Of a DNA stretch of 20,000 nucleotides, positions 1 through 7,653 are shown one piece after another. Every line of letters starts with the position of its first letter. Position 1 is the first letter of the stretch. Source of the stretch: an uncultured virus (IMG/VR IMGVR_UViG_3300047510_001006). Taxonomy: Duplodnaviria; Heunggongvirae; Uroviricota; Caudoviricetes. The stretch is from the IMG/VR virus record IMGVR_UViG_3300047510_001006; one strand, given 5' to 3'. The notes beneath the pieces were generated by a model, which was not told the DNA's origin, did no database searches, and saw nothing but the letters and a program-made list of their open reading frames with translations. The position numbers and the translations under genes were made by a program.

Positions 1-305
1 TTGGTATAGGCACTCCAGGACTAAATCCTGCTGTATCTCCTTTTACGGTCAACGGAGTACCACCAAACACAACACAGGGTGGTGGCGGTGTTCCACACTG
101 GGACCAGATAACCCTACAAGTTAACTTTATCGCAACGCCCGGTCCTCCTCCGTTCCCTACAGTAACCGTAGAGTACTCATACAACGGGAGTACGTGGACA
201 GACTTCGGTGGCTCTCCGTATCAAGTAGCGCCCGGTGCAAGTGCATCATCTGGAATAATTGACCACACAGGAAACGGTCAGAACATCTATGTTAGGGTGT
301 ATTGA
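1..305 (+). CDS. 3' end of probable tail fibre / virion structural protein (partial)
   Basis: Frame is open from position 3 to TGA at 303-305 (GIGTPGLNPAVSPF...TVTVEYSYNGSTWTDF...GQNIYVRVY). The sequence is Gly/Pro/Thr/Val-rich and beta-like, and the GIGT motif is typical of Bacteroidota phage fibre proteins. Not in the ORF track because there is no start in the window. Confidence 0.55.
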   Translation, partial: GIGTPGLNPAVSPFTVNGVPPNTTQGGGGVPHWDQITLQVNFIATPGPPPFPTVTVEYSYNGSTWTDFGGSPYQVAPGASASSGIIDHTGNGQNIYVRVY

Positions 306-331
306 TTTTTGTTAAATATTGAGTATATTTG
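302..331 (+). promoter_or_regulatory. Bacteroidota-type sigma70 promoter (-33 TTG, -7 TAnnTTTG)
   Basis: TTG 302-304, 19-nt spacer, TATATTTG 324-331, then 4 nt to ATG 336. Confidence 0.7.
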
Positions 332-335
332 TATT

Positions 336-932
336 ATGGCTTATGTCTACAGACATATTAGATTAGATGAGAATTTACCTTTCTATATTGGTATAGGAAG
401 TGACGAATCGTTTAGTAGATCTAGAGAAAGATGTAGAAGAAGTGAGCTGTGGAATAAAATTGCAGCAAAGACAGAATACAGAGTAGAGATTCTATTTGAT
501 GATTTGACCTGGGAAGAAGCAAAGCAAAAAGAAATAGAATTTATTGCATTATACGGTAGGATAGATAAAGGACTTGGGTCATTAACCAATCTTACTGACG
601 GTGGAGAGGGGACGCTTGGTGTAATTGTAAGTAAAGAAAAAAGAGAATTATTCAGTAGAGTACATAGCGGGAAGGTAACTTCTCCTGAAGTAAGAAAAAA
701 AATTAGCGATACTTTAAAGTCAAAACCTAAAGACGAAGAAAGAATAGCTAAATTTATAAAGGATGCTTTGGTATATTCTAAAAGCATTAGAAAAAAAGTA
801 CTTTGTTTAGATAACGGAATGGTTTTTGATTCTGCTACAGAGGCAGGAGTTTACTTCGGAATAACTAGAACTGCCATTAGTAGACAAATAACCGGAGTGA
901 GAAAAAATAAACACAATTTGAAACACGTATAA
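336..932 (+). CDS. Free-standing GIY-YIG-like homing endonuclease with NUMOD3/NUMOD1-type C-terminal DNA-binding modules
   Basis: YVYRH...FYIGIG...R...E...LTNLTDGGEG catalytic-domain pattern, basic EVRKKIS segment, C-terminal KKVLCLDNGMVFDSATEAGVYFGI. ATG 336 preferred over TTG 309 because it follows the promoter. Confidence 0.8.
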   Translation: MAYVYRHIRLDENLPFYIGIGSDESFSRSRERCRRSELWNKIAAKTEYRVEILFDDLTWEEAKQKEIEFIALYGRIDKGLGSLTNLTDGGEGTLGVIVSKEKRELFSRVHSGKVTSPEVRKKISDTLKSKPKDEERIAKFIKDALVYSKSIRKKVLCLDNGMVFDSATEAGVYFGITRTAISRQITGVRKNKHNLKHV

Positions 933-941
933 AAAATAATC

Positions 942-1424
942 ATGGCTATAAGAATAACAAAATCAATCGGTACCAACAGGGGTATTACCCAAAATGCTTA
1001 CATTCGCATCGCTGATTATCAGATCAGTAAGTCTGGTAGCGCAAACTTCCGCATCCAATTATACATGGACGAAGCGGCAGCAAAAGAGAACAGCATGATG
1101 ATGGGGGCTCAGGCTCAAAACATTGAAATCGGAGAATCTTTGAACGTTTCTTTGATGAAAGAAGTAGAAGAGACCTACACTTACACTCAAACTGTACAAG
1201 AAGAAAAAGAGGTTGTAAAGACCTACACCAACGATGCAGGAGAAGAAGTATCTGAGACCGTTAAGGAAATGGTTCCAGTAGAAAAAGAAATGACAGGAAC
1301 TCGCAAGAGTAACGTTATTGACTTGTCTCCATTGCAGGGTGTTGACATTTTCGCTTATGCTTATGGTAAACTCAAAGAAAAATTAATTTCTTTGTATGGT
1401 GCTACCAAAGTAGAAGATTGTTAA
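942..1424 (+). CDS. Hypothetical protein (possibly tail-associated)
   Basis: 160-aa ATG ORF with A-rich upstream context and an acidic Thr/Val/Glu-rich insert; no recognisable motif. Confidence 0.6.
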   Translation: MAIRITKSIGTNRGITQNAYIRIADYQISKSGSANFRIQLYMDEAAAKENSMMMGAQAQNIEIGESLNVSLMKEVEETYTYTQTVQEEKEVVKTYTNDAGEEVSETVKEMVPVEKEMTGTRKSNVIDLSPLQGVDIFAYAYGKLKEKLISLYGATKVEDC

Positions 1425-1432
1425 TTAGTTTT

Positions 1433-1462
1433 TTGGATATATAAAAAATTGTACTATATTCG
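1433..1462 (+). promoter_or_regulatory. Bacteroidota-type promoter (variant -7 TATATTCG)
   Basis: TTG 1433-1435, 19-nt spacer, TATATTCG 1455-1462, in the intergenic gap upstream of ATG 1482. Confidence 0.55.
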
Positions 1463-1481
1463 CAGTACTAATTAGGAAAAT

Positions 1482-1760
1482 ATGTCTATCACTTTAACTG
1501 AACAAGAAATCGAAGCCGTAAAAGGTTTCCAACAACAAACAAACGCAATCATTGGTGATTTGGGTCGCATCACTTTTCAAATCGTTGATTTGGAAGAGTT
1601 GAAAGGAAGAGTATTGGAAGCAAAAGTTAAATTAGCTGCTGACCAAAACGAATTCTTCAAGACCATCGAATCATCTTATGGTAAGGGTCAAATCAACTTG
1701 GATACTTTCGAGTTTATCCCAGCTGAGGAGCCAACACCAACGATGGAAGTTGTACAGTAA
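1482..1760 (+). CDS. Small acidic coiled-coil protein (possible assembly chaperone)
   Basis: 92 aa, heptad-like helix (LGRITFQIVDLEELKGRVLEAKVKL), C-terminal YGKGQINLDTFEF. Flanked by its own promoter and terminator. Confidence 0.6.
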   Translation: MSITLTEQEIEAVKGFQQQTNAIIGDLGRITFQIVDLEELKGRVLEAKVKLAADQNEFFKTIESSYGKGQINLDTFEFIPAEEPTPTMEVVQ

Positions 1761-1779
1761 AACATTAATTTACTTATCC

Positions 1780-1816
1780 AAGAGAGGCAGCCTAAATGGT
1801 TGCCTTTTTTGTTTTT
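1780..1816 (+). terminator. Intrinsic terminator
   Basis: Stem AGGCAGCC (1785-1792), loop TAAAT, GGTTGCCT (1798-1805, one G-U pair), followed by TTTTTGTTTTT; about 20 nt after the stop at 1760. Confidence 0.85.
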
Positions 1817-1830
1817 ATTTATTATCTTTG
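1800..1830 (+). promoter_or_regulatory. Bacteroidota-type promoter overlapping the terminator
   Basis: TTG 1800-1802, 20-nt spacer, TATCTTTG 1823-1830, ATG at 1838. Confidence 0.55.
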
Positions 1831-1837
1831 ATATAGG

Positions 1838-2068
1838 ATGAAATTCTTTCAAATTTTTAAAGACGAGCACGATAAGTTTTCCGCAAATCGTTTTGTAGGT
1901 ATTCTTTGTGCTATTGCCCTGTGTGCTACTATGTATCACAATTCTTTTTCGGAAGAACACGTAGCCCCTGCTTCTATCTTGGTAGAGTGTGTGACTGCCC
2001 TTGCATTTGGTGCATTGGGTCTCGGAGCTGCTAATAAAATCTTTAAAAAGAAGAATGCCGAAGGATAA
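1838..2068 (+). CDS. Small two-TM membrane protein, holin-like
   Basis: Hydrophobic segments FVGILCAIALCATMY and ILVECVTALAFGALGLGAA; basic C-terminus KIFKKK. Confidence 0.55.
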   Translation: MKFFQIFKDEHDKFSANRFVGILCAIALCATMYHNSFSEEHVAPASILVECVTALAFGALGLGAANKIFKKKNAEG

Positions 2069-2345
2069 GCCCATAGCGAAAACAACCAAAGGCAAGAACG
2101 CCAATTACCTCCCTACCAAAAGTGGAGCAGGTATGACGGCTAAAGGCGTGGCTGCATATCGCAAAGCAAATCCCGGATCTAAATTAAAGACAGCCGTTAC
2201 TGGTAAGGTAAAGGCAGGTAGTGCAGACGCTAAGAGACGCAAATCATTTTGTGCTCGTAGTGCTGGTCAAATGAAAATGTTCCCAAAGGCGGCCTCAGAT
2301 CCAAATTCACGTCTGAGACAAGCCCGTAAAAGATGGAAGTGCTAA
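2055..2345 (+). CDS. Basic small phage protein, RKSFCAR family (DUF6321-like)
   Basis: GAGMTAKGVAAYRKANPGSKLKTAVT...RRKSFCARS...DPNSRLRQARKRWKC, recognised from memory as a widespread uncharacterised phage family. ATG 2055 preferred over TTG 2001. Confidence 0.7.
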   Translation: MPKDKPIAKTTKGKNANYLPTKSGAGMTAKGVAAYRKANPGSKLKTAVTGKVKAGSADAKRRKSFCARSAGQMKMFPKAASDPNSRLRQARKRWKC

Positions 2346-2346
2346 T

Positions 2347-2442
2347 ATGTATAACTGTAATTTTGTAGCTAAAAAGCTAGAACACAACAACTCAAAGCCC
2401 ACTAAGACAAGTGGCAAAGTAAAGGTAAAAAAGAATAAATAA
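2347..2442 (+). CDS. Putative 31-aa basic peptide
   Basis: MYNCNFVAKKLEHNNSKPTKTSGKVKVKKNK exactly fills the gap between the stop at 2345 and the start at 2448. Confidence 0.4.
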   Translation: MYNCNFVAKKLEHNNSKPTKTSGKVKVKKNK

Positions 2443-2447
2443 ATATT

Positions 2448-2831
2448 ATGAAAAAATCAATAAAAAAATCACAACCAAAACCGCCTGTAAAGAAGTACAC
2501 GGCTCAAGACTCTGCTCAATATGAAGCAATTGGAAAACGATTTGACGCAAATGTGAAAAAATTCACCAGTGCTCCCACAAGAACATTGAGATCAGGTGAT
2601 CAAACTATTCAAACTAAAGCGGGTCTTCCAGTGGACTTACACGGAACAATAAGAAGACAAGCGGATAGTATGATGAGAAATCCATATCATGATACAGCCA
2701 AGGAAAGATTCAATAAAACAAAAAGTGGTGGATTAAAAGGTACGAAGTCTACACCAAAAAAAGCAGTTGCTGCTTCATCTAAGAAGGCTTCTGTTAGCAA
2801 AAAACCAATGATGAAATCAACCAAAAAATGA
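2448..2831 (+). CDS. Lys-rich hypothetical protein
   Basis: 127 aa with K/S/A-rich low-complexity termini (KSTPKKAVAASSKKASVSKKPMMKSTKK). Confidence 0.7.
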   Translation: MKKSIKKSQPKPPVKKYTAQDSAQYEAIGKRFDANVKKFTSAPTRTLRSGDQTIQTKAGLPVDLHGTIRRQADSMMRNPYHDTAKERFNKTKSGGLKGTKSTPKKAVAASSKKASVSKKPMMKSTKK

Positions 2832-3007
2832 AAAAACCAATAAAAAAAGCCGCTACTAAGAAGATTTCTGAGTACGGAGGAAAAGAGAAATATGCATCTA
2901 AGGCTGCTAAAATGAAGCACGAGAAGAAGGAAGGCAAGAAGATGGAAATGAAAGAAAAAGCGATGGCTAAGAAGCCAGGTAAAAAACCTTTTATTTACGG
3001 TAACTAA
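2828..3007 (+). CDS. 59-aa Lys/Glu/Met-rich protein
   Basis: MKKPIKKAATKKISEYGGKEKYASKAAKMKHEKKEGKKMEMKEKAMAKKPGKKPFIYGN; ATGA overlap with the upstream stop. Below the ORF-track cutoff. Confidence 0.7.
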   Translation: MKKPIKKAATKKISEYGGKEKYASKAAKMKHEKKEGKKMEMKEKAMAKKPGKKPFIYGN

Positions 3008-3180
3008 TGATCCAGCAAACTGATTCCACAGCCGATGGGCTTACAATAGTAACTGGTGCTTCAGCTCTAATTTCTATTGCAACCGCATGGCAACCTGTTG
3101 TGGCCGTAGCCGTAGGGTTAATTGGCTGTATATCGGGTATTATGGCAATTATTTATTACTATAAAAAGATCAAAGAATGA
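3007..3180 (+). CDS. 57-aa two-TM membrane protein, holin-like
   Basis: MIQQTDSTADGLTIVTGASALISIATAWQPVVAVAVGLIGCISGIMAIIYYYKKIKE; TAATG coupling upstream, ATGA coupling downstream. Confidence 0.65.
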   Translation: MIQQTDSTADGLTIVTGASALISIATAWQPVVAVAVGLIGCISGIMAIIYYYKKIKE

Positions 3181-3458
3181 CTGCTCCTAAAGTTAAAACC
3201 AATCCCTTCCCTGTCAGTTTTGAGGAATTCAAAAAGAATCCAGTTGCAGGCGTGGCTTTTTGTATGTTGGTGGCTGTTAGCTATCTGTACTATGACGGCA
3301 AGACGAGCTATCTTGATCAAATTGAAAAGTCTAACCAAAAAATAGACGCACTTGAAATCAAAGTTGATCGCATGGGCGCTGCTTTGAAAAAGAGCGATAG
3401 TGCGCTTTCTGCTGCTATAACAGAATTACGAATTATCAACACAGTTAAAAAACTATGA
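3177..3458 (+). CDS. Single-TM plus coiled-coil protein (i-spanin- or holin-like)
   Basis: TM PVAGVAFCMLVAVSYLYY followed by a heptad coiled coil (QIEKSNQKIDALEIKVDRMGAALKKSDSAL). Confidence 0.55.
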   Translation: MTAPKVKTNPFPVSFEEFKKNPVAGVAFCMLVAVSYLYYDGKTSYLDQIEKSNQKIDALEIKVDRMGAALKKSDSALSAAITELRIINTVKKL

Positions 3459-3901
3459 GAACTCTTATCGTTGCCTTTTGTTTTTTCTTATTGGCTGTAG
3501 AACTTGCATTTCCCGTAGGTGCGGTTACTACTCCTCCAATAGATGAGATTGAGATGATGATGGCGAAGATTCAAAGAAATTTGAGTTTAGCCTCACAGGT
3601 AACCAAAGTTGCTCAAACCAAAAGTGCAGCACTTGTTGCACAAAAGCAAGAAGAGAAAGCCGAATTGAAAGAAGCCGTTGTAGTTGCTGAGGCAAAGGTA
3701 GAAGAAGTCAAACACGTAGTGGAAGAAATGGAGCACAAGGTTGAATTTTACGCTGTTAAAATGATTGGCAGTGGCGTTGACACCTCTTATCAAGAAGTTA
3801 GCTTCGGAGGCCCGATATACGAGGCTTACTTGAACTACGTTGAAGAGGGCGGAAAAGAAGATTTTGATTATTTCAGAATGTATATATGGCAGCAAAAGTA
3901 A
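3455..3901 (+). CDS. Signal-peptide/TM-containing coiled-coil protein
   Basis: N-terminal MRTLIVAFCFFLLAVELAF, long Ala/Glu/Lys helix; ATGA overlap. Confidence 0.6.
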   Translation: MRTLIVAFCFFLLAVELAFPVGAVTTPPIDEIEMMMAKIQRNLSLASQVTKVAQTKSAALVAQKQEEKAELKEAVVVAEAKVEEVKHVVEEMEHKVEFYAVKMIGSGVDTSYQEVSFGGPIYEAYLNYVEEGGKEDFDYFRMYIWQQK

Positions 3902-4032
3902 AATCAAGCAAAGAGGCTGCCAAGTGGAAGCCAAAGGCACCAATCAAAAGACCGGGTGTTGTTTCTAAAAAGAAAAGTTCTTCATTAAAGACTAGTAAGA
4001 ACTACGTTAAAAAATACAGAGGACAAGGATGA
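3886..4032 (+). CDS. 48-aa basic protein ending KKYRGQG
   Basis: MAAKVKSSKEAAKWKPKAPIKRPGVVSKKKSSSLKTSKNYVKKYRGQG; C-terminal motif recalled from many aquatic phage peptides; ATGA coupling to 4029. Confidence 0.7.
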   Translation: MAAKVKSSKEAAKWKPKAPIKRPGVVSKKKSSSLKTSKNYVKKYRGQG

Positions 4033-4373
4033 AAGATGCTTGTTACACTAAGGTCAAGGCTAAATACGCTGTATTCCCTTCTGCGAGGGCATCACAAGCA
4101 ATTGCCAAGTGTAGAAAGTCATCTGGAAACGTAAAAAAGACAAAGGCGGGCTCAGATCTAAAAAGATGGGGAGCAGAGAAGTGGGTAGACACCAAGAGCG
4201 GTAAAGCCTGTGGTGCTGGTGGTAAGAACGAGTATTGCCGTCCGTCAAAAAGAGTATCATCAAAAACCCCAGTAACCAAATCAGAATTAAGTCCATCTAA
4301 ATTGGCTGCAAAGAAAGCAGAGAAATCAAGAGTTGGTATGGGTAAAAGAGTTACTAACATCAAAAAGAAATGA
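4029..4373 (+). CDS. Basic phage protein (DUF5872-like)
   Basis: KDACYTKVKAKYAVFPSARAS...LKRWGAEKWVD...CG...YCRPSKRVSSKTP, recognised from memory as a conserved viral family. Confidence 0.65.
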   Translation: MKDACYTKVKAKYAVFPSARASQAIAKCRKSSGNVKKTKAGSDLKRWGAEKWVDTKSGKACGAGGKNEYCRPSKRVSSKTPVTKSELSPSKLAAKKAEKSRVGMGKRVTNIKKK

Positions 4374-4471
4374 TTGGTGGATTCCTATTTGGGTTATTAT
4401 TTGTTACCTTTACAATAGGAATGTCCTACATCATCGGAGAATACATAGATAAAAAAGATGGCAAAAAATAA
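4370..4471 (+). CDS. 33-aa single-TM peptide
   Basis: MIGGFLFGLLFVTFTIGMSYIIGEYIDKKDGKK; ATGA overlap upstream and overlap with the next start. Confidence 0.5.
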   Translation: MIGGFLFGLLFVTFTIGMSYIIGEYIDKKDGKK

Positions 4472-4730
4472 AATCATAGCAAAGAATAAAAGACCAGCTT
4501 CAAACAAAGCCACAGGACGCGATTACAGCTACGATAAAGAGTATCAGAAGGGCAAGGTATCATATCGTCAAGAACTTAACGCAGAGGCCCGCAAAAAGGG
4601 TATTTATGGCAAAAGAGCAGCCAAGGGTGTTGACCTCTCTCACAAGAAAGACGGAAAGATGGTATTAGAAAAGAAAAGTACCAATCGTGCTCGTCAGGGA
4701 AGTAATGGCAAGTCTACCAAGAAGTCCTAA
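4458..4730 (+). CDS. Small basic protein, degenerate HNH-like
   Basis: RDYSYDKEY...RQELN...GVDLSHKKDG...LEKKSTNRARQ resembles minimal HNH proteins (D-x-x-H...N-R-x-R/N). Confidence 0.5.
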   Translation: MAKNKIIAKNKRPASNKATGRDYSYDKEYQKGKVSYRQELNAEARKKGIYGKRAAKGVDLSHKKDGKMVLEKKSTNRARQGSNGKSTKKS

Positions 4731-6541
4731 AAAGAAACCTCTCTCCAAACCTTCATCGCTTTTCCATTCTGATACACTATCATTGGAATTGTTTTCTTCT
4801 GAGGCGCAGCATCAACTTTCTTCTTGAGTTTCTCCATCATATCCTTGTGATAGATTTCACAACCAACAATCGCATCCAACAAATCCGTATTCTCTGTGAT
4901 GTAAACCTTCGCTTCTTCGATTATCTGCATTATATAAACAGACTCAAAGTTTTTCCTCAAGTAATCAATCAAGTAAGCATTTGCCCTCTCTGCGGTGTGG
5001 TCATTCTTATACCAACCGTAAGGTCTGTCTTTACTAAAGAATGTTTTGCCTAAGTTTCTTGGAGAAGGAGCCAGTAGATCTTGGCGATTGTTTGTTCGGT
5101 ATGTATCCAAGATAACGCCACCTCGGTTAATCTCAATCATAACCTTAGCACCACCAAAGTAATCCTGTAGGTTGATGTTGTTGCTCATGATTAAATCAGG
5201 GTCAGCAGCACGTTCTTTGTAGAATCCAACGTATGTGTTAGTGTCTAAGTTCTTGATTGCTATACAGTTATCAGAACCGTCTCCCAGCTTAGATGAAATG
5301 AAAGGAATCGGGTCCATCCCTGCGATGTATTTGTGATTGGGGTTGTATCTTTCCAAAAGTGTAAACTTTCCTTCTTTGTCAGGCTTAACTTGCAGTTCAC
5401 CACTCATGTCCTTATAGATGATACATTTTTCAATCGGTGGGGGCTCAGATAAAATAATCCTCTCTTGTTGATTTAATTTATGAATAACATCCACAGGTAA
5501 AGCACCATGAGCAGTAGAAGAAAACACTTCATTAATATCCAACGGATACTGCTTGATAAAAGAATTCAAGAACGACTTATCTTCAATCCTATCTAACTTT
5601 TCACGAGTCTTATTAATCCACTCGGTCGCACCTTCAATATCAGAATAGCCATTAGGACAGAAGTTAAGAATCTTCCCTGTCTCCCTACCTTCACCATCAA
5701 TCTCAGGGGCTTCCATAATACCCATATTTCCAGGAAGGAATACAGTCAACAGATTCAAGTTCTCTGCGTTCTTCCAAAGGTTGTTTGCGAGTTTCTGTCC
5801 GATAGATGTTGATTCACCAGCACTACCTCCAATTACAATGGGAGCAACCTTAACGAATCCTGACTTTACGCTCGCCTGTGCAGATTTGTAAACTTGGTCT
5901 GCTTTGGGGTGAAGGAAAGCTTCGTCCAGAAAACAATGCATCGCACGATAGGCTTCCAATGCTGTTGGTGTATCAACCGTTTCACGAGTTACAATCTGAG
6001 AATCCAATCCGCTAATCTCACCAGTCTTTTGGTCTTTTACGCCCATGTGCAAATATCCTACCTGACGAGTGGAGATTACGCTTGGCTTAATGTAAGGGTC
6101 AAGGTTGTCGTAAATTACACGAGTCTTTTCCTTGTACAAGTTCTCAAGACGAGTTTTATCCGCACTTGTAATCAAAGATGTAGAGCCTGGGTTTGTCATT
6201 GCAATCCACATAGGAGCTACTCCACCGAAGATTAATGAAAGACCAATCTCACGACGCTTGCTGACAAACAAATCGTGGTTAGTTCTGCGGGCTTCTTCGT
6301 ATGCCTCATAGATTAATTCATCTACATCTCGCCAAATGGGACGCTTTCTGAATCCACGAGCATCTTTGATAAAGCACTGTGTGAGGGCAAAGTAATGAAT
6401 ACCAGTTAACCCATCTCTACCATCAATCCAATACTCCCTTTCATTCCCCCACCAAATATCCTTTTCTTTCTTGGTTGCGTTTGGGTCAATGTTATATTTA
6501 GCAGCCCATATGTCGTATTCAAACCTTGATGCTTTTGTCAT
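4727..6541 (-). CDS. terL: Terminase large subunit
   Basis: Walker A variant SKRREIGLS, Walker B CFLDEA, motif III region GGSAGE, nuclease domain IAGMDP...SD...IEINRG...DLLDA; 604 aa. Confidence 0.88.
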   Translation of the reverse strand: MTKASRFEYDIWAAKYNIDPNATKKEKDIWWGNEREYWIDGRDGLTGIHYFALTQCFIKDARGFRKRPIWRDVDELIYEAYEEARRTNHDLFVSKRREIGLSLIFGGVAPMWIAMTNPGSTSLITSADKTRLENLYKEKTRVIYDNLDPYIKPSVISTRQVGYLHMGVKDQKTGEISGLDSQIVTRETVDTPTALEAYRAMHCFLDEAFLHPKADQVYKSAQASVKSGFVKVAPIVIGGSAGESTSIGQKLANNLWKNAENLNLLTVFLPGNMGIMEAPEIDGEGRETGKILNFCPNGYSDIEGATEWINKTREKLDRIEDKSFLNSFIKQYPLDINEVFSSTAHGALPVDVIHKLNQQERIILSEPPPIEKCIIYKDMSGELQVKPDKEGKFTLLERYNPNHKYIAGMDPIPFISSKLGDGSDNCIAIKNLDTNTYVGFYKERAADPDLIMSNNINLQDYFGGAKVMIEINRGGVILDTYRTNNRQDLLAPSPRNLGKTFFSKDRPYGWYKNDHTAERANAYLIDYLRKNFESVYIMQIIEEAKVYITENTDLLDAIVGCEIYHKDMMEKLKKKVDAAPQKKTIPMIVYQNGKAMKVWREVSF

Positions 6542-6858
6542 CTTTTCTTTCCTATTGTTCTATCCAAGAATGAAACACCATCATCAATGATATCTTCTTC
6601 TGGGTAGGCTTCTAACTTAGCCAATTTCAATGACTTATTAATCTTATCTCCTGCTTGCAATAGTTGAAAAATACCCTTTTGGTATTCGTCGTCAAGATTT
6701 AGGCTCTTGTCCTTTACCGCATCCATTAACTGTTTTGAAGCAGATACCAGCGTAGAATAGAAGTCTTTAGCAGGGTCTGAGTCCTGTAACCTTATTCTTT
6801 CGATAGCATCTGCTTCAGATATTCTATTTTCCTTTAGGAACTTTTGGAGTTTTTCCAT
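6538..6858 (-). CDS. Candidate terminase small subunit
   Basis: 106-aa helical protein translationally coupled (ATGA) directly upstream of terL. Assignment by position only. Confidence 0.4.
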   Translation of the reverse strand: MEKLQKFLKENRISEADAIERIRLQDSDPAKDFYSTLVSASKQLMDAVKDKSLNLDDEYQKGIFQLLQAGDKINKSLKLAKLEAYPEEDIIDDGVSFLDRTIGKKR

Positions 6859-7003
6859 CTTTAATAGATTTGATCTTTTTCTTTTGGTTTTCTATTTGCT
6901 TCTGTGCTTTGTTTTTAGCCTCATCATTTTGAGTCTGCTCATAGAATTCCCACCAACCGAAAAGTTTTTCAAGTTCTTTTACTTCGTTATTTATATTCGC
7001 CAT
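6824..7003 (-). CDS. Small coiled-coil hypothetical protein
   Basis: MANINNEVKELEKLFGWWEFYE...; ATG 7003 preferred over TTG 7024. Confidence 0.6.
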   Translation of the reverse strand: MANINNEVKELEKLFGWWEFYEQTQNDEAKNKAQKQIENQKKKIKSIKDGKTPKVPKGK

Positions 7004-7380
7004 AAGTTTATTGCTGTTTTCCAAAATTCTAAATCAAATTCAAGCATGTCTCCCTCAAGTATTTCCCACTTCAAAGACTTAACTAGTTTGAAAAGGTTTG
7101 CCAATGCGTGTAGCTGTGCTACTGAAGGGTTGCTTACATATTTATACTCTCCGTTTACTCCTCCGTGAATTGCTAGGTGAATTTCGGTCTGAGGCCTCAG
7201 AACATGAATCTTTCCCTCTCTATCAAGAAAGTGAGTAAACAAATCTTCTTTGTGTCCTAATCCACCCATGTGATAAGTAGGAGTGTCAAGTTTAGGCTTC
7301 TTGCGAGCATACTCCAAGACCTCAGTAGCAACTAATCTATCTTCGGGTCTTGTGTATGTCCAATAGACGTAGAGTTTCAT
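6991..7380 (-). CDS. Degenerate N-acetylmuramoyl-L-alanine amidase (T7 lysozyme / Amidase_2-like fold), probably inactive
   Basis: Motif order LYVYWTYT (cf. IxxHCTAT), THFLDREGKIHVLRP (cf. YHYxIxxDGxIxxGRP), IHLAIHGG (cf. IGICYxGG), NPSVAQLHAL (cf. TxAQxxSL), LEGD (cf. IxGH). Confidence 0.5.
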   Translation of the reverse strand: MKLYVYWTYTRPEDRLVATEVLEYARKKPKLDTPTYHMGGLGHKEDLFTHFLDREGKIHVLRPQTEIHLAIHGGVNGEYKYVSNPSVAQLHALANLFKLVKSLKWEILEGDMLEFDLEFWKTAINLWRI

Positions 7381-7652
7381 AACTTAGACCATACGGGTGG
7401 TTGTGCATATGCCGAGTCAGGATGAACAAACTCTTCGTTTGATGAGTTGTGCTGAATCATTTTACTCAAATACCATTGGGCTTTTTTCAAATCTTCAAGT
7501 CCACCTTTTTCCTCAAACCGCCAAATGTATTTAAGAATGTTAGCGGTGCACACCGCATCCAATCCTTTTTTATTAACTGTGGCGGCTTCAATTGCATCGA
7601 TTGCCTCGATTTTGCCTTGTCTATAGTGTGATGGGTTGATGTTGTCTTTCAT
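7377..7652 (-). CDS. DUF3310 / T7 gp1.7-like (SaV-like) protein, putative nucleotide kinase
   Basis: DNINPSHYRQGKIEAIDAIE...NILKYIWRFEEKGGLEDLKKAQWYL signature. Confidence 0.85.
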   Translation of the reverse strand: MKDNINPSHYRQGKIEAIDAIEAATVNKKGLDAVCTANILKYIWRFEEKGGLEDLKKAQWYLSKMIQHNSSNEEFVHPDSAYAQPPVWSKL

Positions 7653-7653
7653 A

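Noticed and set aside
2358..2365. TAATTTTG promoter-like element
   Set aside because: No TTG at the expected spacing and it lies inside a plausible short ORF; may be chance.
383..4363. Minus-strand ORFs 383-787, 1688-2104, 2687-2920, 3593-3943, 4043-4363, 4060-4296
   Set aside because: Antisense shadows of well-supported Lys-rich + strand genes, with Phe/Leu-rich mirror composition.
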